The notes under the pieces are model-generated. The model worked only from the letters and a program-made list of their open reading frames with translations. It searched no databases and had not been told where the DNA came from. From assembly GCA_030264375.1 (NCBI GenBank), contig JASCQW010000105.1, positions 51,747,313-51,811,312 of the forward strand: a stretch of 64,000 bases of DNA. The letters are read 5' to 3'. Origin of the DNA: Carcharhinus longimanus (Eukaryota). Positions 52,990 to 64,000 of the stretch are shown in pieces. Made by a program: the position numbers and the translations under genes. The first letter of the stretch is position 1. Each line of letters starts with the position of its first letter.

Positions 52990-53500
52990 AGGAACATAAT
53001 AACGAGAACAAGCTTTTTAGCCCCTCAAGCCTACTCCGCCACTGAATGGGATCTTGGTTGAACTGGAAACTAACTCCATATGTTTGTCTTTGCCCTATAT
53101 CTCTTCATACATTTGGATAACAAAAATTTTCCCTTCGGGTTAATTTTTCAACATAGAACAGTACAGCACAGTACAGTACAGGCCCTCAAAATTGTGCCGA
53201 GCTTTGTCCAAAACTAAGATCAAGCTATCCCATTCCCTATCATTCTGGTGTGCCCTATGCACCTATCCAATAACTGCTTGAAAGTTCCTGAACTGTCTGA
53301 CTCCACTATCATTGCAGGCAGTCCATTCCACACCCTCACCACCCTCTGAGTAAAGGACCTACCTTGGACATCCCTCCTATATCTCCCACCATGAACCTTA
53401 TAGTTATGCCCCCTAGTAACAGCTACATCCACCCAAGGAAATAGTCTTGCACGTCCACTCTATCTATCCCCCTCATCATCTTATAAACCTCTATTAAGTC
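52990..53500 (-). mobile_element. Two CR1/HER1-like 3' ends
   Basis: ORF 53220..53432 gives TRGHNYKVHGGRYRRDVQGRSFTQRVVRVWNGLP. Confidence 0.8.
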
Positions 53501-54656
53501 GAATGTGCGTACTTCTGACAGTTATGTCAGAAATATGCACATTCACGTCTGTTTTAATGCCTTTGGCTGGGTAGAACCTAAAATAGTGCGACAGAGACAA
53601 ATGTCTCCCGATAGTTTCCAATTACTTTCACTGCATACAACTGTTATCAGCTAACCATCTATCTACAGGATGTATTACATTACCATCCACGTTCATTTTC
53701 TTTTCCTGTAATTGTATCTTTATGCACAACTGAATATGAAGGGAAGCATGACACATTTACTTCCTTGTCAGTTTCTGTTCATAACTGCATTAAGGGCAGC
53801 TTCTAAACCTAATTATATTCCATATAATGGCATGCAGAGTGCTGTCCCCTTTCTAAATGACAAAGTTAAGGATCAGCATGCTGATCCTGTAATGGTCCTT
53901 CTGCAAAACCCCAGGTAGCCACTAGGAACTTCAGGCCTTGAGTAGAAGGAAATAGTCATGTATTCGTAGGTACCGAGGAGAGGGATTAGTCTTCAAATAG
54001 TCAATGAGCTGTTTCTGTCATTGTCAGGATTTCCTTTTATTTATTTGCTTTTCTCCATCCATTGCTCAACAGACAATGGTGAGCATCGCTTTGCAGTTCT
54101 TGTGATGATATTGTGGTCACAATGCTATTAGTTGGGGGATTTTTGTACAGTGACCCAGTGACGCTGAAGTAGTGGTAGTATATTTGAAGATATGATTTAA
54201 TGTGCAACTTTACAACCTTTCAGATTAAAAAACATTGTTGCTCTTCATGCTCAGTGCAGAAATGTGCTGTTAAAACATACTTGATGAATTACTGCAGTGT
54301 ATCCTGCACATGATGCCTATTGCAACCACAAAGCAATGGTGAGGAAGGGCAAGGGCAAGGGCAAAAAAAAATCAAGTTAATGGTCACTGGTGCCAATCTT
54401 CTTAAGCTTGTTCCAGCTGGATGCATCCAATTGAGTGGGTATCCCATCACATTCCTTGCAAATGCCTTATAGATGGTAGAAATATTTTAATATGTTCAGG
54501 AAGCAAGCCAGTCTCTGCCTGCTCTTATAGCCATGATGTTGATATGAGAGTGCAGTGAAGTTCCTGGTCAATATTAATCCCAAGAAATTGATGGTGAAAT
54601 TGCAGAAATTCCTCTTGTTGGAGATAACATTACTTGACATCATGAGCGTAAATGTT

Positions 54657-55085
54657 CATCATAGAGCTTTACAGCACAGAAAGAGGCTTTTCACCCCATC
54701 ATGTTTGCACTATTTTTGAAATCCCATTTTCCAGCACTTGATCCATAGCCTTGTATAATATGGCATTTCACGTGTTCATCTAAATACTTCTTAAATGTTG
54801 AGGTTTACCTCTTCTACCACCCTTTCAGGCAATGAGTTCCAGATTCCCATCCCCTTCGGTGAAAAAGTTTTTCCTCAAATCCTCTGTGTAAATCCTGCCC
54901 CTTAATTTAATTCAATGCCACCTAGTTATTGACTCCTCTACTAAGGGGAAAAGATTCTTCCGATGTATGTGTGTCATAATTTTGTTCACCTCAATCAGGT
55001 CCCTCCTCAGCCTTCTCTGCTCCAAGGAAAACAACCCTAACCGAACCTAGCCTAGCCTAGCCTAACCAGTCTCTCTTTGTAGCTG
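54657..55085 (-). mobile_element. CR1-type LINE 3' end
   Basis: catcatagag...acagcacagaaagagg tail; SYKERLVRLG motif. Confidence 0.75.
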
Positions 55086-55213
55086 AGGCTCGATGAGGTG
55101 GGGGGGGATGGGGNNNNNNNNNNNNNNNNNNNNNNNNNNNNNNNNNNNNNNNNNNNNNNNNNNNNNNNNNNNNNNNNNNNNNNNNNNNNNNNNNNNNNNN
55201 NNNNNNNNNNNNN

Positions 55214-56330
55214 AGTGGAGCATTGTGAGGTTATCTGTGGGCTTGCGGTACAGTGAGGTGCTAAGGTGACCATCCTTGATGGAGATGAATGTGTCCAAGA
55301 ATGCAAACGATTCTGGGGAGTAGGGCATGGTGAGTCTGATGGTGGGATGGAACTTGTTGATGTCATCATATCGTTGTTTCAGTGATTGTTCACCATGGGT
55401 CCAAAAAAAAAGAAAATGTCATCAATGTATTTAGTATATAGCATCGGTTGAAGGTCTGTGTGGTGAAGAAGTCTTGTTCAGGCCTGTGCATGAAGATGGT
55501 GGCATATTGAGGTGCAAATTTGGTCCCCATAGCTGTTCTGTGTGTCTGGATGAAGAACTGGTTGTTGAAGGTGAAGACATTTTGGTCCAGGATGAAGCAG
55601 ACGAGTTGTAAAATTGCATCTGGAAACTGGCATTGAGTGCTGAGGCAGTTGCAGCAATGCCAACTTCGTGGGGGAAGCTGGTGTAGAGTGCCGAGACATC
55701 CATTGTGACGAGGAGTGCTCCTGGTTCAAGTGCTCCATGTGTGCTGAGTTTCTGTAGGAAGTCCATAGCATTACAAGAAAAGCTGGGGGTTCTTTGTACA
55801 ATGGGTTTCAGGTTGCCCTCGACATAGCCGGAGAGGTTCTCACACAAGGTCCCATTGCCCGATATGACGGGATGGCCGGGCGTGTTTGCCTTGTGTATCT
55901 TCGGAAGGCAGTAGAGATCTCCAATGCGGGAAGAACACGGAAGGTGCTCTGAAGGTCCAGATCATAAGGTCTTGATCAGCCTGTTGAGTTGACGGGTGTG
56001 TTCTTTGGTCGGATCTGCGAGTAACTGTCTGTAGCGTTCCTTGTTGTTCAGTTGTCAGTACACTTCTTCGCAATAATCCATTCTGCTCGGTATGACAATG
56101 GCCCCTCCTTTGTCTGCTGGTTTGATGACAATGTTGCAGTTGCTCTTGAGAGCGTGGATGGTGTTGCGTTGTGCTTAGGTGATGTTCAGGGCTGTCTTGG
56201 GAGTGTGTTTGATGAATCTGGTGTTGACACACCTCCTGATGGCTTGGGCATACATGTCAAGTCAAGGGTAGCAGCCTTCAGGAGGAGTCCAATTGGACTC
56301 TTTCCTCTTCGGTTGCTGCACTACAGATCT
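55214..56330 (-). mobile_element. Penelope-like element reverse transcriptase relic (frameshifted)
   Basis: ORF 55431..55847 gives DFLQKL...LLVTMDVSALYTS; ORF 55062..55328 gives FLDTFISIKDGHLSTSLYRKPTD; NIVIKPADKGGAIVI lies near 56090-56135. All are PLE RT motifs. Confidence 0.9.
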
Positions 56331-56334
56331 CTGT

Positions 56335-56620
56335 CAGACTATCTACCTTCTCCGTCCTATCAGCCTGTATCACGCACTCATTTTCAAAAACATAGCCCCT
56401 CTCCTTAATGAACACTGAAGAAAAGTATTCATTCAGCGCCTCACCTACCTCTTCTGACTCAATGTACAAGTTCCCACTACTATCCTTGACTGGCCCTAAC
56501 CCCACCCTGTCATTCTTTTATTTCTCACATAAGAGTAAAAAGCCTTGGGGGTTTTCCTTTATCCGACCTGCCAAGGACTTCTCATGCCCCCTCCTAGCTC
56601 TCCTAAGCTCTTTTGTTCAG
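56335..56620 (-). mobile_element. CR1 LINE ORF2 fragment
   Basis: ORF 56278..56505 gives GPVKDSSGNLYIESEEVGEALNEYFSSVF. Confidence 0.82.
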
Positions 56621-56947
56621 TTCATTTCTTGAAATTTCAGATTAAGTTTCTCCCATTTTTTTCTAATATTTTGTGTTGCTTTTCATATCTAGGAGCTAAC
56701 AGAGAGTAATCTAACAGCTTGCTTCTGATTATCAACAATTGCTCACTCAGAGTTGTTAGGGCAGAGGCAGGGAAGATGGGGAGATTGGGGGTGGACATTA
56801 GATGATGTCACCTGAAAGGGACACAATGCTTTAATGCAAAGCATATCACTGTATATATGTCTGAAAATAAAAGTTTGCCAAACACTTTTCTTCAGAAGTC
56901 AGTGACAATTTTTTTGACAGCAGCTTCTAAACATTCTATGTAGTTTC

Positions 56948-57294
56948 CATAGAATCACTAGTGTAGGAGGAGACCATTTAGCCCACTGAGTCTGCACCAA
57001 CTATCTGACAGAGCGTATTACCCAGGCCCATCCCTCTGCCCCATTCCCTTAACCCTATACATTTAACCCATTAATCACCCAACCTACGCATCTAGGGACA
57101 CTAACGAGCAATTCAGCATGGCCAATCCATCAAACCTGCACATCTTTGGAGTGTGGGACGAAACCGGAATACCCAGGGGAAACGTATGTAGACACAGGAA
57201 GAATATGCAAACTCTACACAATCACCCAAAGGCAGAAGTAAACCCAGGTCCCTGGTGCTTGAGGCAGCAGTGTTAACTATTGTGCCACTGTGTC
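56948..57294 (-). mobile_element. HE1-like V-SINE
   Basis: Head, V domain and tail as in the other copies. Confidence 0.85.
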
Positions 57295-57554
57295 ATCTAA
57301 ATAACAAATTTCTAAATTTGAGAGCTGAGTTTTTCTCAATAATATTTTGTGGGTCAACATTGTTGCTGAACTTAATCTTATTCAGGTAAAGGGACAGCAA
57401 CTGTCACTGCATCGTTAAAAGTCAACAGACATTGTGCTACCCAGGTAGGCACCTTAGACATGGGTGCTTGTTGGAAATGAATCAATCTTGTAACTGCCCC
57501 CCCCACCCCCACTAATAGCGCTGTTTTAGTTATACTATTCAATGCAACACATAC

Positions 57555-57756
57555 GTGTCATAGACATTGAGGAGCCAGTTGAGACACATGTCCACACAGA
57601 GAGGCACATTGACTAGGTTACTGTGTTCCTGTTCCAGTCGATCGTAGATTGAAGTCAGGCAATTAATTATCTCCAAAATATCCATCAGTTGATCATTTTG
57701 CTTTAGGTTGTGCTGGTCAAAGGCCTCACAAGCACTTGGCAGAGAGAGAAGATCCA
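57555..57756 (-). CDS. DMD: Dystrophin exon 65 (202 nt), EF-hand region: [67 protein letters not shown]
   Basis: Lies within ORF 57539..57823(-). Boundaries cag|TGGATC and GACAC|gtatgt; 202 nt; near-identical to mammalian dystrophin. Confidence 0.97.
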
Positions 57757-58920
57757 CTGTGGAGAAATAGAACAAACACATTAAAATTATGTTTGAATTT
57801 TGGACAGGATTCCCAATAGCCAAATCAGTAAGATGGCATCACTTTGCTGCAAATCATCCTGCATATGATTACCTTGTAATACATTCCGAAGCAGTATAAA
57901 ACTATTCAGCATCAATCCTCCTCTCAACACTGCAAACCAGAAATAATTTATTCATCAATAAAACAAGTAGTGTTTGCGGAGGAAGCAGAAGCATCAGCAC
58001 ACGCGCCCCTTTCTTCACTTGAATAACATACAAACTTACAATACATAGGCTGAAAAATTTAAAGCAAAGATTTACTCTAATGCAGGCTGTGACTATCAGC
58101 AGCAAAAATCCCACTGCAGATACAGGTTGTGAGATTAAATAACAAAATACCAGTGCAGGTACAGACTATGAATCTTAGTAATAAAACCCAACCAGAAATT
58201 CAAATTATGAATATAAGCAACAAAATGGCACTGCATTGTCAAACTGTGAAATTTTATGAACTGATCAACCCTCGGTTCAATACCTTATCCCTCAAAAATA
58301 TGCATTCCTCCAACACAAATGACTGCTTATTCACTGTTGTAAACGCATGGTGCATTTCGGCAGTATCTTTGTTCTTGTTGTCACTAATTTGTTGCTGTCG
58401 CTATCGCTATATTCTGCTGAAGCACCCTATGGTACATTTTAGTAGGTTCGTAAACATGAAGATATGAATGATAATGGGATTGGTAACATCGTCACTGGTC
58501 ATGTCTACAGTCACAAAGCATTAATCTTTAAATGACCTTTATTTTTCAAAAAATAAGCTTGCTAAAGTTTGAGCTCTGGCAAGGAAAACGTAAAGGGGTA
58601 GAAAGTAGGCCTGATTTCCAGGTGACACATTGGGAGTTGTCTACCTTGGCTGCATAATTCCTAAATTTACACTGCACGCCTGCTGCCCCTCGCCTTCATT
58701 AACTGATGGAGGACTGCATCCCAGAATGGCCATGATGTATTGACCACTACACATGCACAACTCAAGTCTGCTATGATGCAGATGCACAAAACATCATGCA
58801 TATTGAGTTACAAATGTGTGTGCATCTGTTGGGGTGGGAGGAGCATATCACACCACAACCTCATGATATCTGAAACTATGCTGCACCTTTAATTCCAACA
58901 GGTTTATTTGGTAGTGAACG

Positions 58921-58957
58921 TCACTAGCTTTCGGAGCACTGCTCCTTCGTCAGGTGA
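58921..58957 (-). ncRNA. Minimal type I hammerhead ribozyme motif (PLE type), intact core
   Basis: Minus strand reads UCAC-CUGACGA-A-GGAGC-AGU-GCUCC-GAAA-GCUA-GUGA: stem I UCAC/GUGA, perfect stem II, palindromic AGCU stem III. Confidence 0.75.
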
Positions 58958-58970
58958 ATGGGGAGCCCAC

Positions 58971-59007
58971 TCACCTGATGAAGGAGCAGCGCTCTGAAAG
59001 CTAGTGG
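58971..59007 (+). ncRNA. Minimal type I hammerhead ribozyme motif (PLE type), slightly degenerate
   Basis: UCAC-CUGAUGA-A-GGAGC-AGC-GCUCU-GAAA-GCUA-GUGG, with a G-U pair at the base of stem II. Confidence 0.68.
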
Positions 59008-60312
59008 CATTTGCTACCAAATAAACCTGTCGGACTTTAACCTGGTGTTGTGAGACTTCTTACTGTGTTTAGCCCAGTCCAATGCCAGCATCTCCACATC
59101 ACCTTTAATTGCCAGACTTAGGAAGTGCACAAACCCAAAAAAACTCATGGTTCCTTATTTAAAAAATCTGACAGATTAATCTTTTTAATGCAGCATGTTA
59201 TGCTTTGCTTGAAAGGGTAGTGGAAACTGGCTCCGTGATATCTTTCTAGTGGTAACTGGATTAAAACTCGATGAGAAAAATGTGCAGGTCCAAGGGGATA
59301 GAATAGGGCAGTGGAACTAATTGGATATGTCGTTCAAGAGCCAGCACCAACATGATGGGCTGAATCAACTCCTATTGCATTCTAGTGACATGCCAACTAG
59401 TTACAGGAAGCAGCAGCTTAAGTTTAATATAAAGACAGTTTTAGGAACAACACATTCTACCTGAAAAAGTCCTCAACATAATGAAATGTTCCTATAAGTA
59501 ACCCTGGCACAAGGATTTGTTTGTTAACTGTTTCTTCCTGAAACACAGTAGTACGATAAGGTCAGTAAATTTTGAAATACAGCCAAAGTCTTATACAAGT
59601 TTGCAACAGCAGGTTAAAAAGTCTCAAGCTGAAACAAAGAAGTGGCAGGTTTAATTCACACCTGTTAAAAAAAAGGAACAGTAATATATTTGCACAGAAA
59701 ACAATGATCTTGAGTGACCTGCAAGTCTTTCTACTAACACATGTCACAGCGTATTAGCTAAATGATACATGTTCCTCTAAATGCACAGGAATCAAGGACA
59801 AGCCTTTGCAAAAGTCATTCTGATATGTATTTTGTTGCCAAGGTATTGGTTATTTTGTGTTCCTTTAACAGATATAAATTAGGAGCAACCTACTTCAAGT
59901 GAAACACATTATTTAATTAGTTGAGTCACCTTTACAAAGCTCCTCTTTCAAGGGGTCAACTACATAATTTGCAAGCAAACACAAATTTAACTATATCAAG
60001 TTGCATGTCTTGTTAGGCATCAGAATTCAACAAACTATTTGTTACAACTGCTCCCACAAGAGACTGATAAACCACAGTTCTCTTAATATCAATTTATTTG
60101 TGGAATTGCAAAGGTACAACCAGCACAACAGCACTTCTAGCTGTGGGATAACAAGCAATAGTGAGGACCCCTTGAGGAAAGTAATCAATAACAGCTAATT
60201 GATTTCTTCAAGCAGTTTAATTAGAGACAAAGCTCCAATCTAAATGGACCAAACTTTGTAAAGACATACACAACTAGTTCAGAATACATGCGTACTCCAA
60301 ACTGATATAACA

Positions 60313-60928
60313 GGCGGAATTTCCAAAAAAATGGCAAAATATCAGATTCCGACTGAGAACTAGCATGTTTCTCTTCAGAAACACAGTTAGGTTCGAGAGG
60401 TTGTGGTTTGCAATGTCACTCGGGCCCAAAAGAGATGGCAAGACCAGTTTCACAGAGATAGCAACCTAATTTGCAATTGCTCCCCCCTCACCACAGAAAT
60501 ATCAGGGGTCACTCTCCCACCCATGCTGTTGTCAACACGCACCCCTATCACACAAGGGAATTCCCCTCCCTGTTATAGGAGAGGGAACTCTCTGGCACTG
60601 CCCACCTCAGTGCACCTTGGCACTGCCAGGAGACNNNNNNNNNNNNNNNNNNNNNNNNNNNNNNNNNNNNNNNNNNNNNNNNNNNNNNNNNNNNNNNNNN
60701 NNNNNNNNNNNNNNNNNNNNNNNNNNNNNNNNNNNNNNNNNNNNNNNNNNNNNNNNNNNNNNNNNNNNNNNNNNNNNNNNNNNNNNNNNNNNNNNNNNNN
60801 NNCTGATAGGGATGGAGGGACGATTCTTCCTGTTTCAATGTGGAAGTGAAAGGTGACTTTGGTGTGATATTTTCTGCTCTCATTGCCAAACCCACCCAAC
60901 TCCTAAACAGGAGTGGAAAATCCCAGGC
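60313..60928. mobile_element. Non-autonomous DNA element with TIR-like ends, spanning a gap
   Basis: ggcggaatttcc ... ggaaaatcccaggc ends resemble the MITE family TIR. Confidence 0.45.
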
Positions 60929-62289
60929 TTGGACTTCATGGATAAGTACTTGTGATGCAATATTTATTCATGTTCACGAAATTGCCCAGAACACACTGTG
61001 GGCTTGTTGCTTGTGAGATAGACACAAGCCTCATTTGCTTAATTAAGACTCTTGACATACAAATCGTCCACAAGTATCATCTTGCTCGCAACGTTGATCA
61101 GCCTGCTACGCTAAACTTTATTGATTAATTATGTAAAAAGTTTTTAATCCCTTTAAGGCTACCAACAGATAAACTCTTTCTACAAATGAGTACTGAGTCT
61201 TGTTATACTGTAGTTATTGACTATGGGTAATACACTATGGTGTAACCTCAGCACGTTGAAACTTAAATTGTCAAATCTCATCATTTAAGCTGATGAATAA
61301 TGGCCACTTCAACGTAATGGAGGATAGCTAGTATAAATGAAACTGTTCTCCTGAAAAGAGTCAATGCACTCAGGAGGGAGATAATTTGGTACGGTTTAGA
61401 AAAAACATTCCATCGCTGACATTGACCTCAACTGAGAAATGCATTCAAACCAAACTGCAATTACCAAAATTGTTTTTGCATCAGCTTTTAACAGCCACCA
61501 CATCATGACAAATTTTTTGTAGCAACCGTGGAGCACCGTAGTTTTATGGATAAATAACTGTTCTAATTTAGCTAGAAAAACTTGATTAATGGTTGCTGTA
61601 AGATCAGAAGAAGTGCTATGATTTTTGCGAAGAGAAATCTGTAAATACTGGAAATTGCAGTTGATCTGTCCACATCTTGGATAAAAGCCCTTTATCCATA
61701 CTCCCAAACCAATGACAAAAGGTCTCTTCTGGAAGCATTAGCCATACTTTTGTCTTTACAAATGCACATGGGCCACCTGAGTATTTGCAACATTTTCTAC
61801 TTGTATTTTTGAGAAATAGTAGTCAGCGTACAATATTTGGAGTGACCTTGGTTCAGTGATAACTTTCCTGCCTCTTAGAGTGCAGAGAGAAGGGGCTGGA
61901 TTTTATGGCCTCTCTTGTCCCAAAACCGTAAAATCCTGTCCGAGATCAGTTGACCTTTCCACGCTCCGCCCCACGCCTGTTCCAATTCCCATGGCGGGCA
62001 GGCGTGATCTCTGAATACTGGGTTGACATCCAGTGAGCTACTAAAAGGGAGCCAAGAGCTCTTTCTCCCTATTGTAGCCTTGATAAACAGGATTCCAATC
62101 TCTGCATCCTGAATTGACATTCCATTTGTTCAACGTGAGTGGTGGCATCTCCATTCCTCCCCCATCAGATCTAGCCTATTTTCCTGGTATGGGCTGTGAG
62201 TCAGCCCAAAAATCTGACCACATAAAAGATCTTTGTTAGGAAATAGCCCAGAACATGATCTGCTGGAAGCAGTATTGGCAGACTCAGAA

Positions 62290-62830
62290 GTCACACTTCA
62301 GCTATACAAATTCCTGGTTAGACCACACCTGGAGTACTATGAAGAGGTCCGGACACCACATCTTAGAGACATTATATTGGCCTTGGATCATGTGTAGACA
62401 AAAGTTACAAGGATGATACCTGGACTCCTAAATCCAATTTTCAGGAGAGATTACGCAAACTAGAATTGTAAAGTTTGATATTTAGAAAGTTAAGGGTTTG
62501 TTTGAATTTTTCAAGATATTATCGGGAACTGCGAGAGAAGACAGAGATAAATATGTTCTGAGGATTGGAGAATCTATGGTGAGAGAGTATAGACTAAAAA
62601 CGAAGGGTCAGTTGTCTCAGGAGTGAAGTTTATAAAGGATAGTGGTTTGGAACTTTTCCACAAATGGCAGTTGATGCTGGGTCAACAGTTAATTTTGATC
62701 AGAGAATTACAATCTTTTGTTAACCAAAGGCATCAAAGGAACATGGGGAAAAGGTGGAAATGTGGAGTCAGGTAACAATTATGCCATGATCTCATTGAAC
62801 GGTGGAACAGGCTTGAAGGGCTGAAAGGAA
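62290..62830 (+). mobile_element. Decayed CR1 LINE 3' region
   Basis: ctggttagaccacacctggagtac (LVRPHLEY) and tail ccatgatctcattgaacggtggaacaggcttgaagggctgaa. Confidence 0.8.
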
Positions 62831-62913
62831 CAGGAATAGCCAATGTTCTAAAAAATTTCCAAGTCCTTTGCACTGCTTAGCAGAGGAGAGAAAGAAGTGA
62901 AGACAACACTTAC

Positions 62914-62988
62914 AGCAAAGAGCTTTCTGCAGTCTTCGTAGCTTCATGGCTGTTCTGTACGCAGAAAACCTTACATTATTTAGGTCGG
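62914..62988 (-). CDS. DMD: Dystrophin exon equivalent to human exon 64 (75 nt): (A)[24 protein letters not shown]
   Basis: Reverse complement reads cag|CCGACCTAAATAATGTAAGG...GCTCTTTGCT|gtaagt. Size equals the 75-nt exon 64. AMKLRR is the dystrophin form (utrophin has AIKIRR). Confidence 0.96.
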
Positions 62989-64000
62989 CTGTAGGAAGAT
63001 AATAATATTTTCAACAGAGTGTCTCAAAACTAAATCTGTATTGTACTAAGCCATTTGAGTAGGTATATATTTCAATTCACACAATTTAAACATGATATGG
63101 TTATTTTGTAACTATAGCTTCATGAACTTACATTAGCTAAACTATAATGATGCTCAAAATCAAAAAAAGGGCCCTGAAACTACGCCATCAGCTATGAGCA
63201 TGTAAACACTTTCACCTGGAGGCATTTCGTATCATTTTATTTGAGGTGACAAACAAGTTGCCAACTCAAGTAAAATGATTGCGGAATAAATTTCACATAA
63301 ATCTCTTTCACGCCAATATCAGATGCTTTAAATTCAGGACCTTGGGAAATAATGGATGAAGGAAATGGTGGCAAAATTCTAATATTGAAATCACATTTTA
63401 TTTATAACTGTCATGTTAATTCCAAAGTGAGATTTCAGCCTTAAGTGATTCATGTCTCATTATTTTCAAAGACTATTTTCTAAGACTTAGAGGGATATTT
63501 GTCTCCCATTAACTCCCTTTCTTTTCCTTGTGCCTAAAGTGTTGTGTGCATGATCAGTGGTGCTCTTGTAGGGATTACAAATTTTACACATTCCTTGATA
63601 TATTTGTTCATCAATAATCTTAGTTCAATAAAATTTCAGTACATAGGTGCTAATGTAATCATTGATTTTTATTATCCAGCCATCTGGAATTTGGTCCAGA
63701 AATGTCCATTTTATAGACAGCAGTTACAGGCTACATACTAAATCAATTGCAGTTCATGGGTCTAATACCATTCAATAGGAGTTCCACGCTTTAAAATAAA
63801 GTGCAATTTATTTCACAAATGTCATTTTGGGGCTGGCAGACCACAAGATTTCTCAATTGTACTCATTTTACAGATTTTCTATCATAGGTGCCTGCCAATT
63901 CACTGAGGTCATCAATTCTCCAAATCAGTAATTTGGACTGAAGTAGTTAATTTTAACATAATTTGGCTTGATAAGAAAGTAGGATCTTCTTACCTTTATG

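Larger units (their letters stand above)
58895..59100. mobile_element. Miniature Penelope-derived element made of inverted pseudo-LTR arms, with 10-11 bp TSD
   Basis: 58895-58962 is the imperfect reverse complement of 58966-59033. (c)acctttaatt is duplicated at 58884-58894 and 59100-59110. Confidence 0.85.

Overview
AT-rich vertebrate genomic DNA, almost certainly from a shark or other elasmobranch (HE1-type V-SINEs, DeuSINEs, shark-type CR1/L2 LINEs). The whole window lies inside the dystrophin gene (DMD) on the minus strand. Ten consecutive coding exons match mammalian exons 64-73 in size (75, 202, 86, 158, 167, 112, 137, 39, 66, 66 nt), have GT-AG boundaries and join into one open frame covering the EF-hand region, the ZZ zinc finger and the start of the syntrophin-binding C-terminal region. 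Exon 74 was not found. The introns are filled with retroelement and MITE relics, and there are nine N gaps. Most notable non-exonic signals: (1) a ~200-bp Penelope-derived palindromic insertion with a target-site duplication and two divergent minimal hammerhead-ribozyme motifs, plus a second copy and a Penelope RT relic; (2) an exon 70 read-through stop with a nearby AATAAA, resembling the mammalian Dp40 isoform; (3) an unidentified decayed ~115-codon reading frame in intron 70. I found no evidence of a wholly new multi-gene system. Repeat boundaries are approximate, and family assignments come from recalled consensus sequences, not database searches.
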